From assembly GCA_964355275.1 (NCBI GenBank), contig CAYHCB010000001.1, forward strand, positions 1,532-65,531: DNA of 64,000 nt, in the 5' to 3' direction. The stretch is from an uncultured Gammaproteobacteria bacterium (GTDB lineage: Bacteria; Patescibacteriota; Patescibacteriia; Patescibacteriales; UBA12465). The notes beneath the pieces were generated by a model that was not told the DNA's origin, did no database searches, and worked only from the letters and a program-made list of their open reading frames with translations. Both the position numbers and the translations under genes were made by a program. Shown piece by piece: positions 35,714 to 45,152 of the stretch. Within the stretch, counting starts at the first letter, position 1. The number at the start of each line of letters is the position of its first letter.

Positions 35714-37744
35714 ATGTTGATTAGTGAAAAATTAGAAAAAATTATAAAAATAATAATTTTTACCGGGCTTCTTATTTTGGTAGGAATTATTTTCTCTCAA
35801 AAAATAAATTTTACCAACATTGACCTAGGTAGACATTTAGAAAACGGAAAAATAGTTTGGGAAAATCCTCAAATTTTATTTCAGAATTTTTATTCTTACA
35901 CTGAGCCAGATTTTAAATTTATTAATCATCACTGGCTTAGTGGTTTAATATTTTATAAAATTTACGTAATCGGTGGCTTTAAGCTACTTGGCATATTTAA
36001 TTTACTAATAGCTCTAATAACCTTTTTATTATTTTTCAAATTATCTAATAAAAAATCTAATTTTTATTTAAGCGCTGCAATATCCTTACCGGTTATTTTT
36101 TTACTTAGTGAACGAGTAGAAATTCGTCCAGAAATTTTTAGTTATCTATTTATTATATTAACTTGGCTGCTTATTGAAAAAATAGCTAATAATAAAATAT
36201 GGCGTCACTTACTTTTATTTATTCCAATTTTTATTATTTGGGCGAACTTACATATTTATTTTTTTATTGGTTTAGCTTTAATTGGCTTTAAAATGTTAGC
36301 CGAATTTTTACCGCTACTTTTTATAAAAACAGAAAATATAAAGGACCAAATTAAATTAGCTTGGCTTAAAGCTAAGCCTTGGGCAAAGACTTTATTTTTT
36401 TCTTTTTTAGCTTGCTTAATTACTCCTAATACTTGGCGAGGATTGCTTTACCCCTTTAATATATTTCAAAATTATGGATATGAAATAGCGGAGAACAAAA
36501 CAATTTTCTACCTAAGCCACTTAACTATTAATCCTAATTTTTATTTATTTAAGATTATTTTAATTCTACTAATACTTAGCTGGCTGATTTATTTTTTATT
36601 TTCCAAAAAACTGAGATTATTCGATTTACTTATCAGTTTATTTTTTTCTTTTTTAGCTTTGTTTGCTTCTCGTAATTTAGCTATTTTCGGTCTTACAGCT
36701 TTAGTTTTAATTCCAGCCAATTTACATAAACCCTGGAAATATTTAAGTAATACACCTCTTATTTCGCGCTTTAGCATTAAAGACAAAGTAAAACCTTACC
36801 TGTTTGGCTTTTTTGGTTTAATAATTGTGATTATTATTTTTTATTTAGTAATAGATGGTCGCTCTTATAATAATACTATTAAAAACCCTTTAGGCTTTAA
36901 CTTGCTAACCAAAAATTCTGATTCAGCCACTTTTTTTAAAGAAAATAAACTAAGTGGCCCAATATTTAATAATTATGATATTGGTAGTGCTTTAATTTTT
37001 TGGTTATTTCCACAAGAAAAAATTTTTGTTGATAATAGACCAGAAGCTTACAGTAATAAATTTTTTACAGAAACCTACGTCCCCCTACAAAATGATGATA
37101 AAAAATGGGAAGAACTTAATAATTATTATAAGTTTAAAACTATATATTTTTCACACACAGATGGCACTCCTTGGGCGCAACAGTTTTTAAAAAGAATTTT
37201 AAGTGATAATAACTGGTCTTTAATTTACTTTGATAGTTATACGGTTATTTTAGTTAATAAAAAATTAAATGACACTGATTTAATAAATAAGTTAACAATA
37301 GATACAAAAACTGAAGCTTTCCGCAACAATTTACGCTCGCTAGTAGCTAGTTCTAATTTAAAAAATCAAATGGCCTTAGCTTCTTTTGCAGAAAAAACTA
37401 ACCAATCTATTTTAGCAGAAGAAATTTATCGGGGGATCTTAATCAAATATCCTAATTACAATGAAGCTCTAGTTTCTTTAGGCTCTATTTATGCTAACAG
37501 TCAAGATAGAAGTCAACTGATAAAATCTTTAAAATATTTTGAAGACGCTTTAGCCAGCGGATATTTACTTCCAGAAATATATAATCAAATAGGTTTAGTA
37601 AATTGGCAGCTTAATGAATATCAAAAAGCGGAAATAGCCTGGGTCTCCGCTTTAAAATTAGAACGAAAAAATATTTCAGCCCTATACTACTTAAATCAAA
37701 TAAATGATTTAAAAAAGTCAGGTAAGCTACCTCTTTCCTGGTAA
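35714..37744 (+). CDS. polytopic membrane protein with C-terminal TPR repeats (GT-C-like glycosyltransferase candidate)
   Basis: 676 aa. It has about 10 or more TM helices in the first 380 aa and a C-terminal soluble domain ending in TPR-like repeats (AEEIYRGILIKYPNYNEALVSLGSIY, YNQIGLVNWQLNEYQKAEIAW). It lies next to a GT2 gene. The GT-C assignment is an inference. Confidence 0.45.
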   Translation: MLISEKLEKIIKIIIFTGLLILVGIIFSQKINFTNIDLGRHLENGKIVWENPQILFQNFYSYTEPDFKFINHHWLSGLIFYKIYVIGGFKLLGIFNLLIALITFLLFFKLSNKKSNFYLSAAISLPVIFLLSERVEIRPEIFSYLFIILTWLLIEKIANNKIWRHLLLFIPIFIIWANLHIYFFIGLALIGFKMLAEFLPLLFIKTENIKDQIKLAWLKAKPWAKTLFFSFLACLITPNTWRGLLYPFNIFQNYGYEIAENKTIFYLSHLTINPNFYLFKIILILLILSWLIYFLFSKKLRLFDLLISLFFSFLALFASRNLAIFGLTALVLIPANLHKPWKYLSNTPLISRFSIKDKVKPYLFGFFGLIIVIIIFYLVIDGRSYNNTIKNPLGFNLLTKNSDSATFFKENKLSGPIFNNYDIGSALIFWLFPQEKIFVDNRPEAYSNKFFTETYVPLQNDDKKWEELNNYYKFKTIYFSHTDGTPWAQQFLKRILSDNNWSLIYFDSYTVILVNKKLNDTDLINKLTIDTKTEAFRNNLRSLVASSNLKNQMALASFAEKTNQSILAEEIYRGILIKYPNYNEALVSLGSIYANSQDRSQLIKSLKYFEDALASGYLLPEIYNQIGLVNWQLNEYQKAEIAWVSALKLERKNISALYYLNQINDLKKSGKLPLSW

Positions 37745-37745
37745 T

Positions 37746-38441
37746 TTAAGTAAATCTTTCAATAATTAGCGTTTTAATAGCCAGAAATCCATCTTTAGCT
37801 TTTATTTTTTTACCATCTAAATAACCACGACGATCATAATCTATAGGATGTTCAGTAATTTGATAGCCATTCTTTAATAATTTGGCAGTAATTTCTGGTT
37901 CAATTTCAAAGCGTCCACCATTTAATTTTATTTTTTCTAAAGCAACTAAAGGAATTAATTTAAAGCAAGTTTCCATGTCAGTTAACTGGGCATTAAAAAG
38001 TAAGTTAGTAAGTGTAGTTAATACTTTATTAATAAAATAATGAAAAGTCCAAGATTTGTTTAACAAAAAACGGGAACCATAAATAGCAATCTTTTTAAAT
38101 TGGTCACCTAAGTTTATTTTTTCTATTTCCTGAAATAAAAATATTATATCTTGGGGATTATATTCTAAGTCTGCATCACAAATTATAAAATAATCACCCT
38201 TAGCTTCTTCTAGCCCACGTTTTACGGCCGCCCCTTTTCCTTGATTTTTTAACTGATTCACTAAATTAAAAGAATATTTTTTTGTTAATTCTTTTAAAAC
38301 AGAAAAAGTATCATCGGTTGACCCATCATTTACAACTATCACTTCTTTATTAATAGGTAAAGATAAGATAGCTGGCAAAGAAGAAATAATAATTTCTTCT
38401 TCATTATAAATTGGAATAATAATTGATAATAATTTTGACAT
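37746..38441 (-). CDS. GT2-family glycosyltransferase (polyprenol-phosphate sugar synthase-like)
   Basis: 231 aa. LSIIIPIYNEEE, VVNDGSTDDT, QGKGAAVKRG and ICDADLEY are classic GT2 / Dpm1-like blocks. Confidence 0.85.
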   Translation of the reverse strand: MSKLLSIIIPIYNEEEIIISSLPAILSLPINKEVIVVNDGSTDDTFSVLKELTKKYSFNLVNQLKNQGKGAAVKRGLEEAKGDYFIICDADLEYNPQDIIFLFQEIEKINLGDQFKKIAIYGSRFLLNKSWTFHYFINKVLTTLTNLLFNAQLTDMETCFKLIPLVALEKIKLNGGRFEIEPEITAKLLKNGYQITEHPIDYDRRGYLDGKKIKAKDGFLAIKTLIIERFT

Positions 38442-38491
38442 ACTACTATTATACCATCCGTTTAATTAATTACCCACCCCTTAAATAAAAT

Positions 38492-38520
38492 AAAACAACC
38501 AGCATTTAGCTGGTTGTTTT
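38492..38520 (-). terminator. terminator hairpin after the FN3 gene
   Basis: Perfect 12-bp palindrome aaaacaaccagc (38492-38503) / gctggttgtttt (38509-38520) with T-rich flanks on both strands. Confidence 0.65.
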
Positions 38521-38558
38521 ATTTATATTATGTAAAGATAAGGATTCCTCTTATCTAG

Positions 38559-39674
38559 TTAGTCATTATCATCATCTAAATCTTTTTGATCTAAATGATT
38601 TTGATTATCTTGGTTTAACTTTTTGATTCCATCATTTTGATGTTTATCGGATTTATTCTGGTCTTTTCTAAATTCTTTTTCATTTTTAATATCTTTTTTA
38701 TCATCTTTATCGTGGCTCAATTTAATGGCTGGAGTAGTAATAGTAACAAGTGTTGAAGTGGCAGAATTATTGCCGTCAGCATCAATTGCTGCCACAGAGT
38801 AGGTATAAACAGTAGCTTGTAAGGCGGTCTTATCAATGTATTTAGTTTTAGTTGAATTAGCTAAAACTAAACCGTTTCTCATAATTACATATTCAGTGAC
38901 TCCAACATTATCAGTTGAAGCGCTCCAAGTTAACATATTTTTATTATGATTAAATGAAACCACTAAATCAGCTGGAACACTGGGGGAAGTTGTATCGGGA
39001 ATTAAAGTGGTTACTGTAACTAAAGCAGATTGAGCAGAAACATTACCGGCGGCATCGAATGAACTAATGGAATAACTATAAAGAGTTACTGGTAAAAGCT
39101 CGATGCTCTTAAAAGAGGTTTTGCTTGAAGTTCCAATTAAAAAGCTATTACGATAAATATTATAACCAATAACTTTTACATTATCCTTGGACTTATCCCA
39201 ATGTAAATTAATTTGCTTTGATGAATAAGCAAAAGCTTTTAAATCTGTTGGTACGCTAGGAGCTAAGGTGTCAGGGATTTCTAGAGTAGTCGCTGAAACA
39301 ACAATTGATTTAGCTGATAGGTTACCAGCAGCATCAACCGCTCTAATTGTATATTTATATAAAGTAGCTGGTTTTAAACCAGTAACATTAAAATTTGTAG
39401 AGGTTGCCATGCCAACTAAACTATTCTTAGTAAAAAATCGGACAAAATTACCATTACGGTAAACATTATAACCGATTACTCCAACATTATCAGTAGAAGC
39501 CGCCCAGTTTAAATTTATTTGGCTAGGTGACGTTACAGAAGCTATTATGCTAATCGGGGTGCTAGGGGCTACTGTATCGCCTACAGGAGTTACTGTATTT
39601 GAAGCTAAGGCTGGTGCGACTGACAAAGGTAAACCAATCATTATACTAAATAATATTAGGTTTAATTTTTTCAT
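38559..39674 (-). CDS. secreted protein with three fibronectin type III domains and a charged C-terminal tail
   Basis: 371 aa with a signal peptide. The block PS.P..L.........I.L.W..S.DNV.V.GY.(I/V)YRNG ... YSY.V.A.DA.GN.SA occurs three times. The tail is rich in D/K/N/Q. Confidence 0.8.
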   Translation of the reverse strand: MKKLNLILFSIMIGLPLSVAPALASNTVTPVGDTVAPSTPISIIASVTSPSQINLNWAASTDNVGVIGYNVYRNGNFVRFFTKNSLVGMATSTNFNVTGLKPATLYKYTIRAVDAAGNLSAKSIVVSATTLEIPDTLAPSVPTDLKAFAYSSKQINLHWDKSKDNVKVIGYNIYRNSFLIGTSSKTSFKSIELLPVTLYSYSISSFDAAGNVSAQSALVTVTTLIPDTTSPSVPADLVVSFNHNKNMLTWSASTDNVGVTEYVIMRNGLVLANSTKTKYIDKTALQATVYTYSVAAIDADGNNSATSTLVTITTPAIKLSHDKDDKKDIKNEKEFRKDQNKSDKHQNDGIKKLNQDNQNHLDQKDLDDDND

Positions 39675-39868
39675 AAAAATTTGGGGACAAACAAAATAAT
39701 CTAGAATATTTAATTTGCCAATTAATTATAAGTTTTTAAACTACACTATATAGTACAAACTTAATTGTATTTTGTTACAACCCATCCTATAATAAGATTT
39801 CACTCTAAATAGTGATTTATTTAGTCTTTGTAACATTTAAGCTTAATTTTTGTATAATATATTAGAAT

Positions 39869-40366
39869 ATGAAACAAAATAAGGATCATTTTCTTCCTTA
39901 CTATAATCAGTTTAAAGACAAGATATATAATTATTTTTTATATCGAGTTGGTTTTGATAGTTTATTAGCTGAGGATTTAACTTCGGAGGTTTTTATAAAG
40001 GCTCTTAAAAATTTTAAGGACTTTGATAAAAACAAAAAATTCCAATCGTGGATATATATGATTGCTCATAATCATTTAATTAATCATTACAAAACAGCTA
40101 AACAATTAATCCCCTTAGATATTATGGAAGAATTTTTACAGTATAATGATAATAGTGCCGCAGAGAAATATGATTTAGAGCAAACATTAAAAATTATTAA
40201 TTTGATGGAAGAAGGGGACCGAGAAATACTCCGATTAAAATTAGTTGATGAGCTTAGTAATTCAGAAATTGCCGATTTACTAATTAAAGAAGAGGGGGCC
40301 GTAAGAACTCAAATAAGCCGTAGTCTAAATAAACTAAGAGAAAAATTAAATAACTTTTCTAAATAA
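39869..40366 (+). CDS. sigma-70 family RNA polymerase sigma factor (ECF-type)
   Basis: 165 aa. Region 2 is DLTSEVFIKALKNFKDFD ... FQSWIYMIAHNHLINHY. Region 4 is an HTH (LSNSEIADLLIKEEGAVRTQISRSLNKLRE). Confidence 0.85.
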   Translation: MKQNKDHFLPYYNQFKDKIYNYFLYRVGFDSLLAEDLTSEVFIKALKNFKDFDKNKKFQSWIYMIAHNHLINHYKTAKQLIPLDIMEEFLQYNDNSAAEKYDLEQTLKIINLMEEGDREILRLKLVDELSNSEIADLLIKEEGAVRTQISRSLNKLREKLNNFSK

Positions 40367-40367
40367 T

Positions 40368-41282
40368 ATGGATATTTTAAACAAAATACCAACATCACTA
40401 CCAAAGAATAAACTCAGAAGACAAGCTGATATAAAAATAAGATTAAAATTATATAAAATAATTTTTCTAAGTTATATAAAAAATTTATTAACTTTTTCGG
40501 CCTGGAAAATCACTCCTTTAAATAAAGTTTTGGCTATTAGTTTTACCGCCATCGCTCTATTTTGTACAACCTCTTTTTATGCTTATGCAAGTGGTAATAT
40601 CATTCCTGGCAACCAACTTTATCCACTTAAAATAGCAATTGAAAAAATAGAAGAAAAAATTAATTTTAGTGATTCAGCTAAAATAGCTACATATGAAAAG
40701 TTTTCCGCTCGTCGTTTACAAGAAGCGGTTAATTTAAGTTCGAAGAATGAAAAAAATAAAAATAAAGTTACCAGTGAAAATATTAAAAAAAATATTTTAG
40801 CTGAGATTAATAACCACGAAGCCGTAGCTAAATCCATTAATAAATTAAATAATTCCACTGAAACGGATAAGGTGATTAATCGTGCTAAAGAAAATGATCA
40901 AGCAGAAGTTGATTATCTAGATAAAATTGCTGAATATGCTCAGTCTAATAACGATGAAGATATTTTACGAGCAGTAAATGAGGCTAAGGAAATTATTCGT
41001 CAACAAGAATATAAATACTTAGAAAAAAATGAAAAAGAAAATGAAAAAGAAAATGAAAAAGAAGAGAAATATGGTGAAAATATAAATAAATCAAACTCTA
41101 AAACAGAAAAAGCTGAAAAAACTCCAATTTCTGAAGTAAATAAATTAAAAACAGTTACTCCAAATATTCAATCAGAAGACAAGCAAAATGATAATTTAAT
41201 AATTATAAACAACGATTTAAAAGACTCAAATGAAAGTGATAACGAATCCGATAATTCTAATAAAGATCATAATCGAGATTAA
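40368..41282 (+). CDS. DUF5667-like membrane-anchored protein (putative anti-sigma / sigma-associated partner)
   Basis: 304 aa starting 1 nt after the sigma gene stop. It has one TM helix followed by PGNQLYPLKIAIEKIEEKI (the DUF5667 signature as I remember it) and a low-complexity acidic C-terminus. Confidence 0.6.
   Translation: MDILNKIPTSLPKNKLRRQADIKIRLKLYKIIFLSYIKNLLTFSAWKITPLNKVLAISFTAIALFCTTSFYAYASGNIIPGNQLYPLKIAIEKIEEKINFSDSAKIATYEKFSARRLQEAVNLSSKNEKNKNKVTSENIKKNILAEINNHEAVAKSINKLNNSTETDKVINRAKENDQAEVDYLDKIAEYAQSNNDEDILRAVNEAKEIIRQQEYKYLEKNEKENEKENEKEEKYGENINKSNSKTEKAEKTPISEVNKLKTVTPNIQSEDKQNDNLIIINNDLKDSNESDNESDNSNKDHNRD
41028..41063 (+). repeat. 12-bp tandem repeat x3 inside the DUF5667-like gene
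   Basis: aatgaaaaagaa is repeated three times in tandem, encoding NEKENEKENEKE. Confidence 0.9.
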
Positions 41283-41294
41283 ATTTAAAATTAG

Positions 41295-41417
41295 ATCTGG
41301 GCAATTATAGCAATTTATCCTTATTTACAAGGGGTTGCTTATATACAGATTCCTTACTTACTCTGGGTAAATTTTGCTATTTTTTTACAATTTACTATTA
41401 CTTATCTAAATAAATAA
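41295..41417 (+). pseudogene. relic of the 3' end of a TspO/MBR-family (tryptophan-rich sensory protein) gene
   Basis: An open frame with no start codon encodes IWAIIAIYPYLQGVAYIQIPYLLWVNFAIFLQFTITYLNK*. The PYLLWV.FA..L...I..LN pattern matches the last TM helix of TspO proteins. Only about 40 codons remain. Confidence 0.45.
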
Positions 41418-41421
41418 TTAA

Positions 41422-41763
41422 ATGCGAATCTGGGACCTTGACCCTAAATATTTATGCCAAAAACATTTAGTTGCCGAACACCGGGAACTTCATGGTCTTT
41501 GGAATATACTAACTAAACATGGCGCAAAAGGTGGATATTCACATCACCCAGAAACTATACGCTGGATAGGGAAGACTCGCGCACTTTATAATCGACACGA
41601 GGAATTAATAAAAGAATTTACTAAACGTGGATACAATCACTATACACCCCTTAATGAAAAACTTGCTAAAGGCCAAAAAAAGCAAGTTACATTTATTAAT
41701 ACTATTACAGAACAAAAAATACTCCTTAAAAATAAAAATTGCGCTTGTCTTCTAGATACCTAA
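41422..41763 (+). CDS. pyrimidine dimer DNA glycosylase / endonuclease V (DenV-like)
   Basis: 113 aa. MRIWDLDPKYLCQKHLVAEHRELHGLWNIL ... HPETIRW is the conserved N-terminal block of the Pyr_excise family. Confidence 0.8.
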   Translation: MRIWDLDPKYLCQKHLVAEHRELHGLWNILTKHGAKGGYSHHPETIRWIGKTRALYNRHEELIKEFTKRGYNHYTPLNEKLAKGQKKQVTFINTITEQKILLKNKNCACLLDT

Positions 41764-41802
41764 AATTTTTATAACTATTATTAATTATCAAAAAATAAAT
41801 AC

Positions 41803-41832
41803 TTGCCAGTCACTAAGTATTTTAGCTATAAT
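41803..41832 (+). promoter_or_regulatory. candidate sigma70 promoter whose -10 overlaps the first ATG of the ORF-track entry 41831
   Basis: TTGCCA (41803-41808), an 18-nt spacer, then TATAAT (41827-41832). Confidence 0.4.
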
Positions 41833-41866
41833 GAGCAAGGTTGTTATTAATTATAAATATAAATTT

Positions 41867-42913
41867 ATGGCTAGAATTATTGGTAAGGGTTATTCTTTCG
41901 ATGACTTATTAATTGTTCCTAAATATAATAAAGTTGCCTCTCGAAAAGATGTTAATTTCAGAACCAAAGTAACTCGTAATCATTATTTGGATATTCCAAT
42001 TATCGCGGCCAACATGGACACTATTTGCGAAAGCCAAATGGCCATCGCTTTAGGCAGACTAGGGGGATTAGGTGTTATCCATAGATTTTTAACTATAGAA
42101 GAACAGGCCAGTGAAATAGAAAAAGTTAAAAAGAGTAACTTATTAACGGCTGCCGCTATTGGCGTAAAAGACTATATTGAAAGAGCTGAAGCCTTAAATA
42201 AAGTGGGTGTAGATATTATAGTTTTAGACGTGGCCCATGGTCACGCTAAAAGAACTGATACTGTTTTAGATTTTTTAAAAAATAATTACCCTCATATTGA
42301 TGTTATGGTGGGAAATATTGCCACTAAAGATGCCGCCGAACATTTTATTAATAAAGGGGCTGATGGTCTAAAAGTTGGTATTGGACCAGGCTCAATGTGT
42401 ATTACTAGAATAATGTCTGGTGCTGGCGTACCTCAAATAACTGCTATTATGGACGCTTACGAGGCTAGCCAGGGAAGAGTGCCTGTTTGTGCTGATGGTG
42501 GCCTTAAATATCCAGGAGATTTAACCAAGGCCATTGGCGCTGGCGCTGACACAATTATGAGCGGTTCTTTATTTGCTGGCACACTAGAAACACCAGGAAA
42601 AATAATAGAAAAAAATAGTCATAAATTCAAAGAATATCGTGGTATGGCTAGTTACGCTGCGACTATTAAAAAAATGGCAATAGATGGCAAAAAAATTGAT
42701 GAGGTGATTCATGTTGAAGGGGCAATGACTTTATCGCCATACAACGGTAAAGTAGAGATAATAATAAAAAAATTATTAGGCGGTCTAGCTTCCGGGATGA
42801 CTTATGTTGGTGCCCAAAATATTGAGGCCTTAAAAGGCAAGGCTGATTTTATTGAAATTACAGCAGCCGGTCTTAAAGAGAGTATTGCTCACGGTTTAAC
42901 CGAAAATCTTTAA
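41867..42913 (+). CDS. IMP dehydrogenase / GMP reductase family protein lacking the CBS (Bateman) pair
   Basis: It has [36 protein letters not shown], a catalytic loop [17 protein letters not shown] and [14 protein letters not shown]. The block after EKVKK runs straight into the barrel with no CBS insert. I prefer the start at 41867 (MARIIGKG) because a TATAAT box overlaps the ATG at 41831; the alternative start is 41831. Confidence 0.8.
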   Translation: MARIIGKGYSFDDLLIVPKYNKVASRKDVNFRTKVTRNHYLDIPIIAANMDTICESQMAIALGRLGGLGVIHRFLTIEEQASEIEKVKKSNLLTAAAIGVKDYIERAEALNKVGVDIIVLDVAHGHAKRTDTVLDFLKNNYPHIDVMVGNIATKDAAEHFINKGADGLKVGIGPGSMCITRIMSGAGVPQITAIMDAYEASQGRVPVCADGGLKYPGDLTKAIGAGADTIMSGSLFAGTLETPGKIIEKNSHKFKEYRGMASYAATIKKMAIDGKKIDEVIHVEGAMTLSPYNGKVEIIIKKLLGGLASGMTYVGAQNIEALKGKADFIEITAAGLKESIAHGLTENL

Positions 42914-42936
42914 ATTTTAATACTTTTAATCAAAAG

Positions 42937-42960
42937 AGCTTGTCACTGACAAGCTTTTTT
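42937..42960 (+). terminator. rho-independent terminator
   Basis: Stem agcttgtc (42937-42944) / gacaagct (42948-42955) followed by a T6 run. Confidence 0.75.
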
Positions 42961-42996
42961 GTTATAATAAATAGTTATTAAAATAAAAAATTAAAT

Positions 42997-43560
42997 ATGA
43001 ATAATGAAAATAAAATAAAAATACTAGGAATTGCCGGCAGTCTGCGTAAAGACTCTTACAGTAAAGCACTACTTAACGCTACTAAAGATTTGGCACCAGA
43101 ACAAATGGAAATAGAGATTTTTGATATTAAAGATATTCCTCTTTTTAACGAAGACTTAGAAGGAGAATTACCAGAAAGCGTCACGCTATTAAAAAATAAA
43201 ATTGCGGAAGCGGGTGCCATTCTTTTTATTACACCAGAATATAATTACTCAATACCTGGTGTTTTAAAAAATGCTATTGATTGGGCCTCTCGTCCTTACG
43301 GACAAAACAGTTGGAACAATAAACCGGCCGCTATTATAAGCTCTTCGGTTGGAATATTTGGCGGTTCTAGGGCTCAATATCATTTACGACAAACCTTAGT
43401 ATCTATTAATATGTATCCTCTTAATCATCCAGAGGTAATAGTACCGCTAGTTAGTGAGAAATTTAACGAGAATCTAATTTTAATAGATGAAAAAATAAAA
43501 AATACTATCAGTAAACAACTAGAAGCATTAGATACTTGGACTAGAAAATTAATGTCTTAA
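42997..43560 (+). CDS. NAD(P)H-dependent FMN reductase family protein
   Basis: 187 aa with KILGIAGSLRKDSYS and ITPEYNYSIPGVLKNAIDWASR, the typical flavodoxin-like FMN_red blocks. Confidence 0.85.
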   Translation: MNNENKIKILGIAGSLRKDSYSKALLNATKDLAPEQMEIEIFDIKDIPLFNEDLEGELPESVTLLKNKIAEAGAILFITPEYNYSIPGVLKNAIDWASRPYGQNSWNNKPAAIISSSVGIFGGSRAQYHLRQTLVSINMYPLNHPEVIVPLVSEKFNENLILIDEKIKNTISKQLEALDTWTRKLMS

Positions 43561-43570
43561 AAATAAAACA

Positions 43571-43603
43571 AAAAAAACTCCCAGCGTAAGCTGGGAGTTT
43601 TTT
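43571..43603. terminator. bidirectional terminator between convergent genes
   Basis: 9-bp stem actcccagc (43577-43585) / gctgggagt (43590-43598) with a GTAA loop. A7 lies upstream and T6 downstream. Confidence 0.8.
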
Positions 43604-43618
43604 ATAAGAAAGAGAATA

Positions 43619-43816
43619 TTATGCACGTTGCACATTAACCGCGTTCATACCTTTTGGAGATTGTTCAGCTTCAAAAGTAACGTGATCACCTTCTTGGATT
43701 TCGTCAAAGCTGACGTCAACCAAAGAGTTGCTGTGAAAAAATAAATCCTTATCTTGACCTTCAGGAGTAATGAAACCAAAACCCTTGTCAGTCTTTTTTT
43801 TGATAATACCTTGCAT
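43619..43816 (-). CDS. csp: cold-shock protein (CspA family, CSD)
   Basis: 65 aa. It has [10 protein letters not shown] (RNP1) and DLFFHSNSL (RNP2-like). Confidence 0.9.
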   Translation of the reverse strand: MQGIIKKKTDKGFGFITPEGQDKDLFFHSNSLVDVSFDEIQEGDHVTFEAEQSPKGMNAVNVQRA

Positions 43817-43898
43817 AGATGTTTTACTAATTTTATTTTTGCAAATTTAAAAATCTTTGTGAAACTCGACGACTTTTCTAAATAATTTTTACTTGATA

Positions 43899-43927
43899 AG
43901 TATAACAAAAAATTTTGAAACTGTCAA
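43899..43927 (-). promoter_or_regulatory. sigma70 promoter of the cold-shock gene, giving an about 75-nt 5' UTR
   Basis: On the minus strand: TTGACA (43927-43922), a 17-nt spacer, then TATACT (43904-43899). Confidence 0.55.
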
Positions 43928-44012
43928 CAGTTTTCGAGCTCAAATAAACAATTGATATTATAAATGATAATTAGTCCTAAAATTAGCCTAAAAATTTATA
44001 ATTAATTCTTAA

Positions 44013-44957
44013 TTAATAACTAATATTAATAAGTATGGCCGTCCAAGCGATTATAAGCCACTGAATAATATAAATTACAGTAACATTTTTACTTAAAAAA
44101 ACTAGCGGTCTTATAATTTTAATAGACAAATTTTGGTAATTTAAATAAATAAAAGCCAACCAATAAATAACCAAAGAAATAAATAACAAGCTGGCACCAA
44201 AGTTATGATGATAGAATGATGCTGGCGAAAAATCATTACTCATAGCTGAAAAAAATATCCCTAAAATAATAAGTGGTAATAATTTCACAAAAATATTTTT
44301 ATAAAAATATTTTTTATCTTTAACCTTAAGTAATAGATTACCAAAATAAACACCAACTAGTGAATAAAAAAACCAAGGGAAAAAAGGAAAAAGAACATAT
44401 GGCGCTCTGCCTAATAGGGGGTCAAATAAATAAGTAAGACTAGCAGTAGAAAAAGTAATTTGATCAAGCAAAGGGGAGATCAAAATAACAAAAAAAGCCA
44501 ATATTAAATAATAGTCGTATTTAACCTTTTTCCATTTAAGAAAAGCTATTACCAATAAACTGAGTCCAGCTACTTGTAAAATATCAACTTCAAGCAAGTA
44601 CTCAATTGGTTTTAACCCATAAATAATATGCTCCAAATCAAGATTAATGCCGAGATATTGGCATAAGATAATTGGCAAAAAAAATCTCAAAGCGGATAAA
44701 CAATAACCTAGTAATATTAATTTTAAACCCCTTATAAATATTTTATAAGGTTCAAAATTTCTAGAATTAGCAATATTTGCCCCCATTAAAAATAAAAATA
44801 CCGGTGCCACTAAAACCGTTCCTAGGCTAAAAATAAAGTACTTTAAATAATAATTACTTATAAAATTACTAAACAAGATATAAAAAAAATGTTGCAAAAT
44901 CATCAAAATAACGGCAACTCCACGAGCAATATCAAATTCTATATATCTTTCTTTCAT
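44013..44957 (-). CDS. polytopic membrane protein, DUF1624 / acyltransferase-3-like
   Basis: 314 aa with about 9-10 TM helices. The N-terminal RYIEFDIARGVAVILMILQH resembles the heparan-alpha-glucosaminide N-acetyltransferase-like (DUF1624) start. Confidence 0.5.
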   Translation of the reverse strand: MKERYIEFDIARGVAVILMILQHFFYILFSNFISNYYLKYFIFSLGTVLVAPVFLFLMGANIANSRNFEPYKIFIRGLKLILLGYCLSALRFFLPIILCQYLGINLDLEHIIYGLKPIEYLLEVDILQVAGLSLLVIAFLKWKKVKYDYYLILAFFVILISPLLDQITFSTASLTYLFDPLLGRAPYVLFPFFPWFFYSLVGVYFGNLLLKVKDKKYFYKNIFVKLLPLIILGIFFSAMSNDFSPASFYHHNFGASLLFISLVIYWLAFIYLNYQNLSIKIIRPLVFLSKNVTVIYIIQWLIIAWTAILINISY

Positions 44958-45152
44958 TTTTTACTTAATTTAAAAAATTATAGGTGTAATTTTACAGATA
45001 TCCCAAAAATTCATTTTATATTTTAAAATTATACTATTCTAAGTAAAATATAACAATATTTTGCCAGCTAAAAAAAGCGTTAAAGTATTGCCAAGTATCA
45101 ATGATTCTGCTATTGTTATCACGCAACTTAAAAAAAATTAACTATATTTACC

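Noticed and set aside
39675-39868. Search for an ECF-type or sigma70 promoter in the divergent region between the FN3 gene and the sigma-factor gene
   Set aside because: The only candidates have non-canonical spacing (TTGTAA, 19 nt, then TATAAT at 39828-39858). I could not support a specific promoter call.
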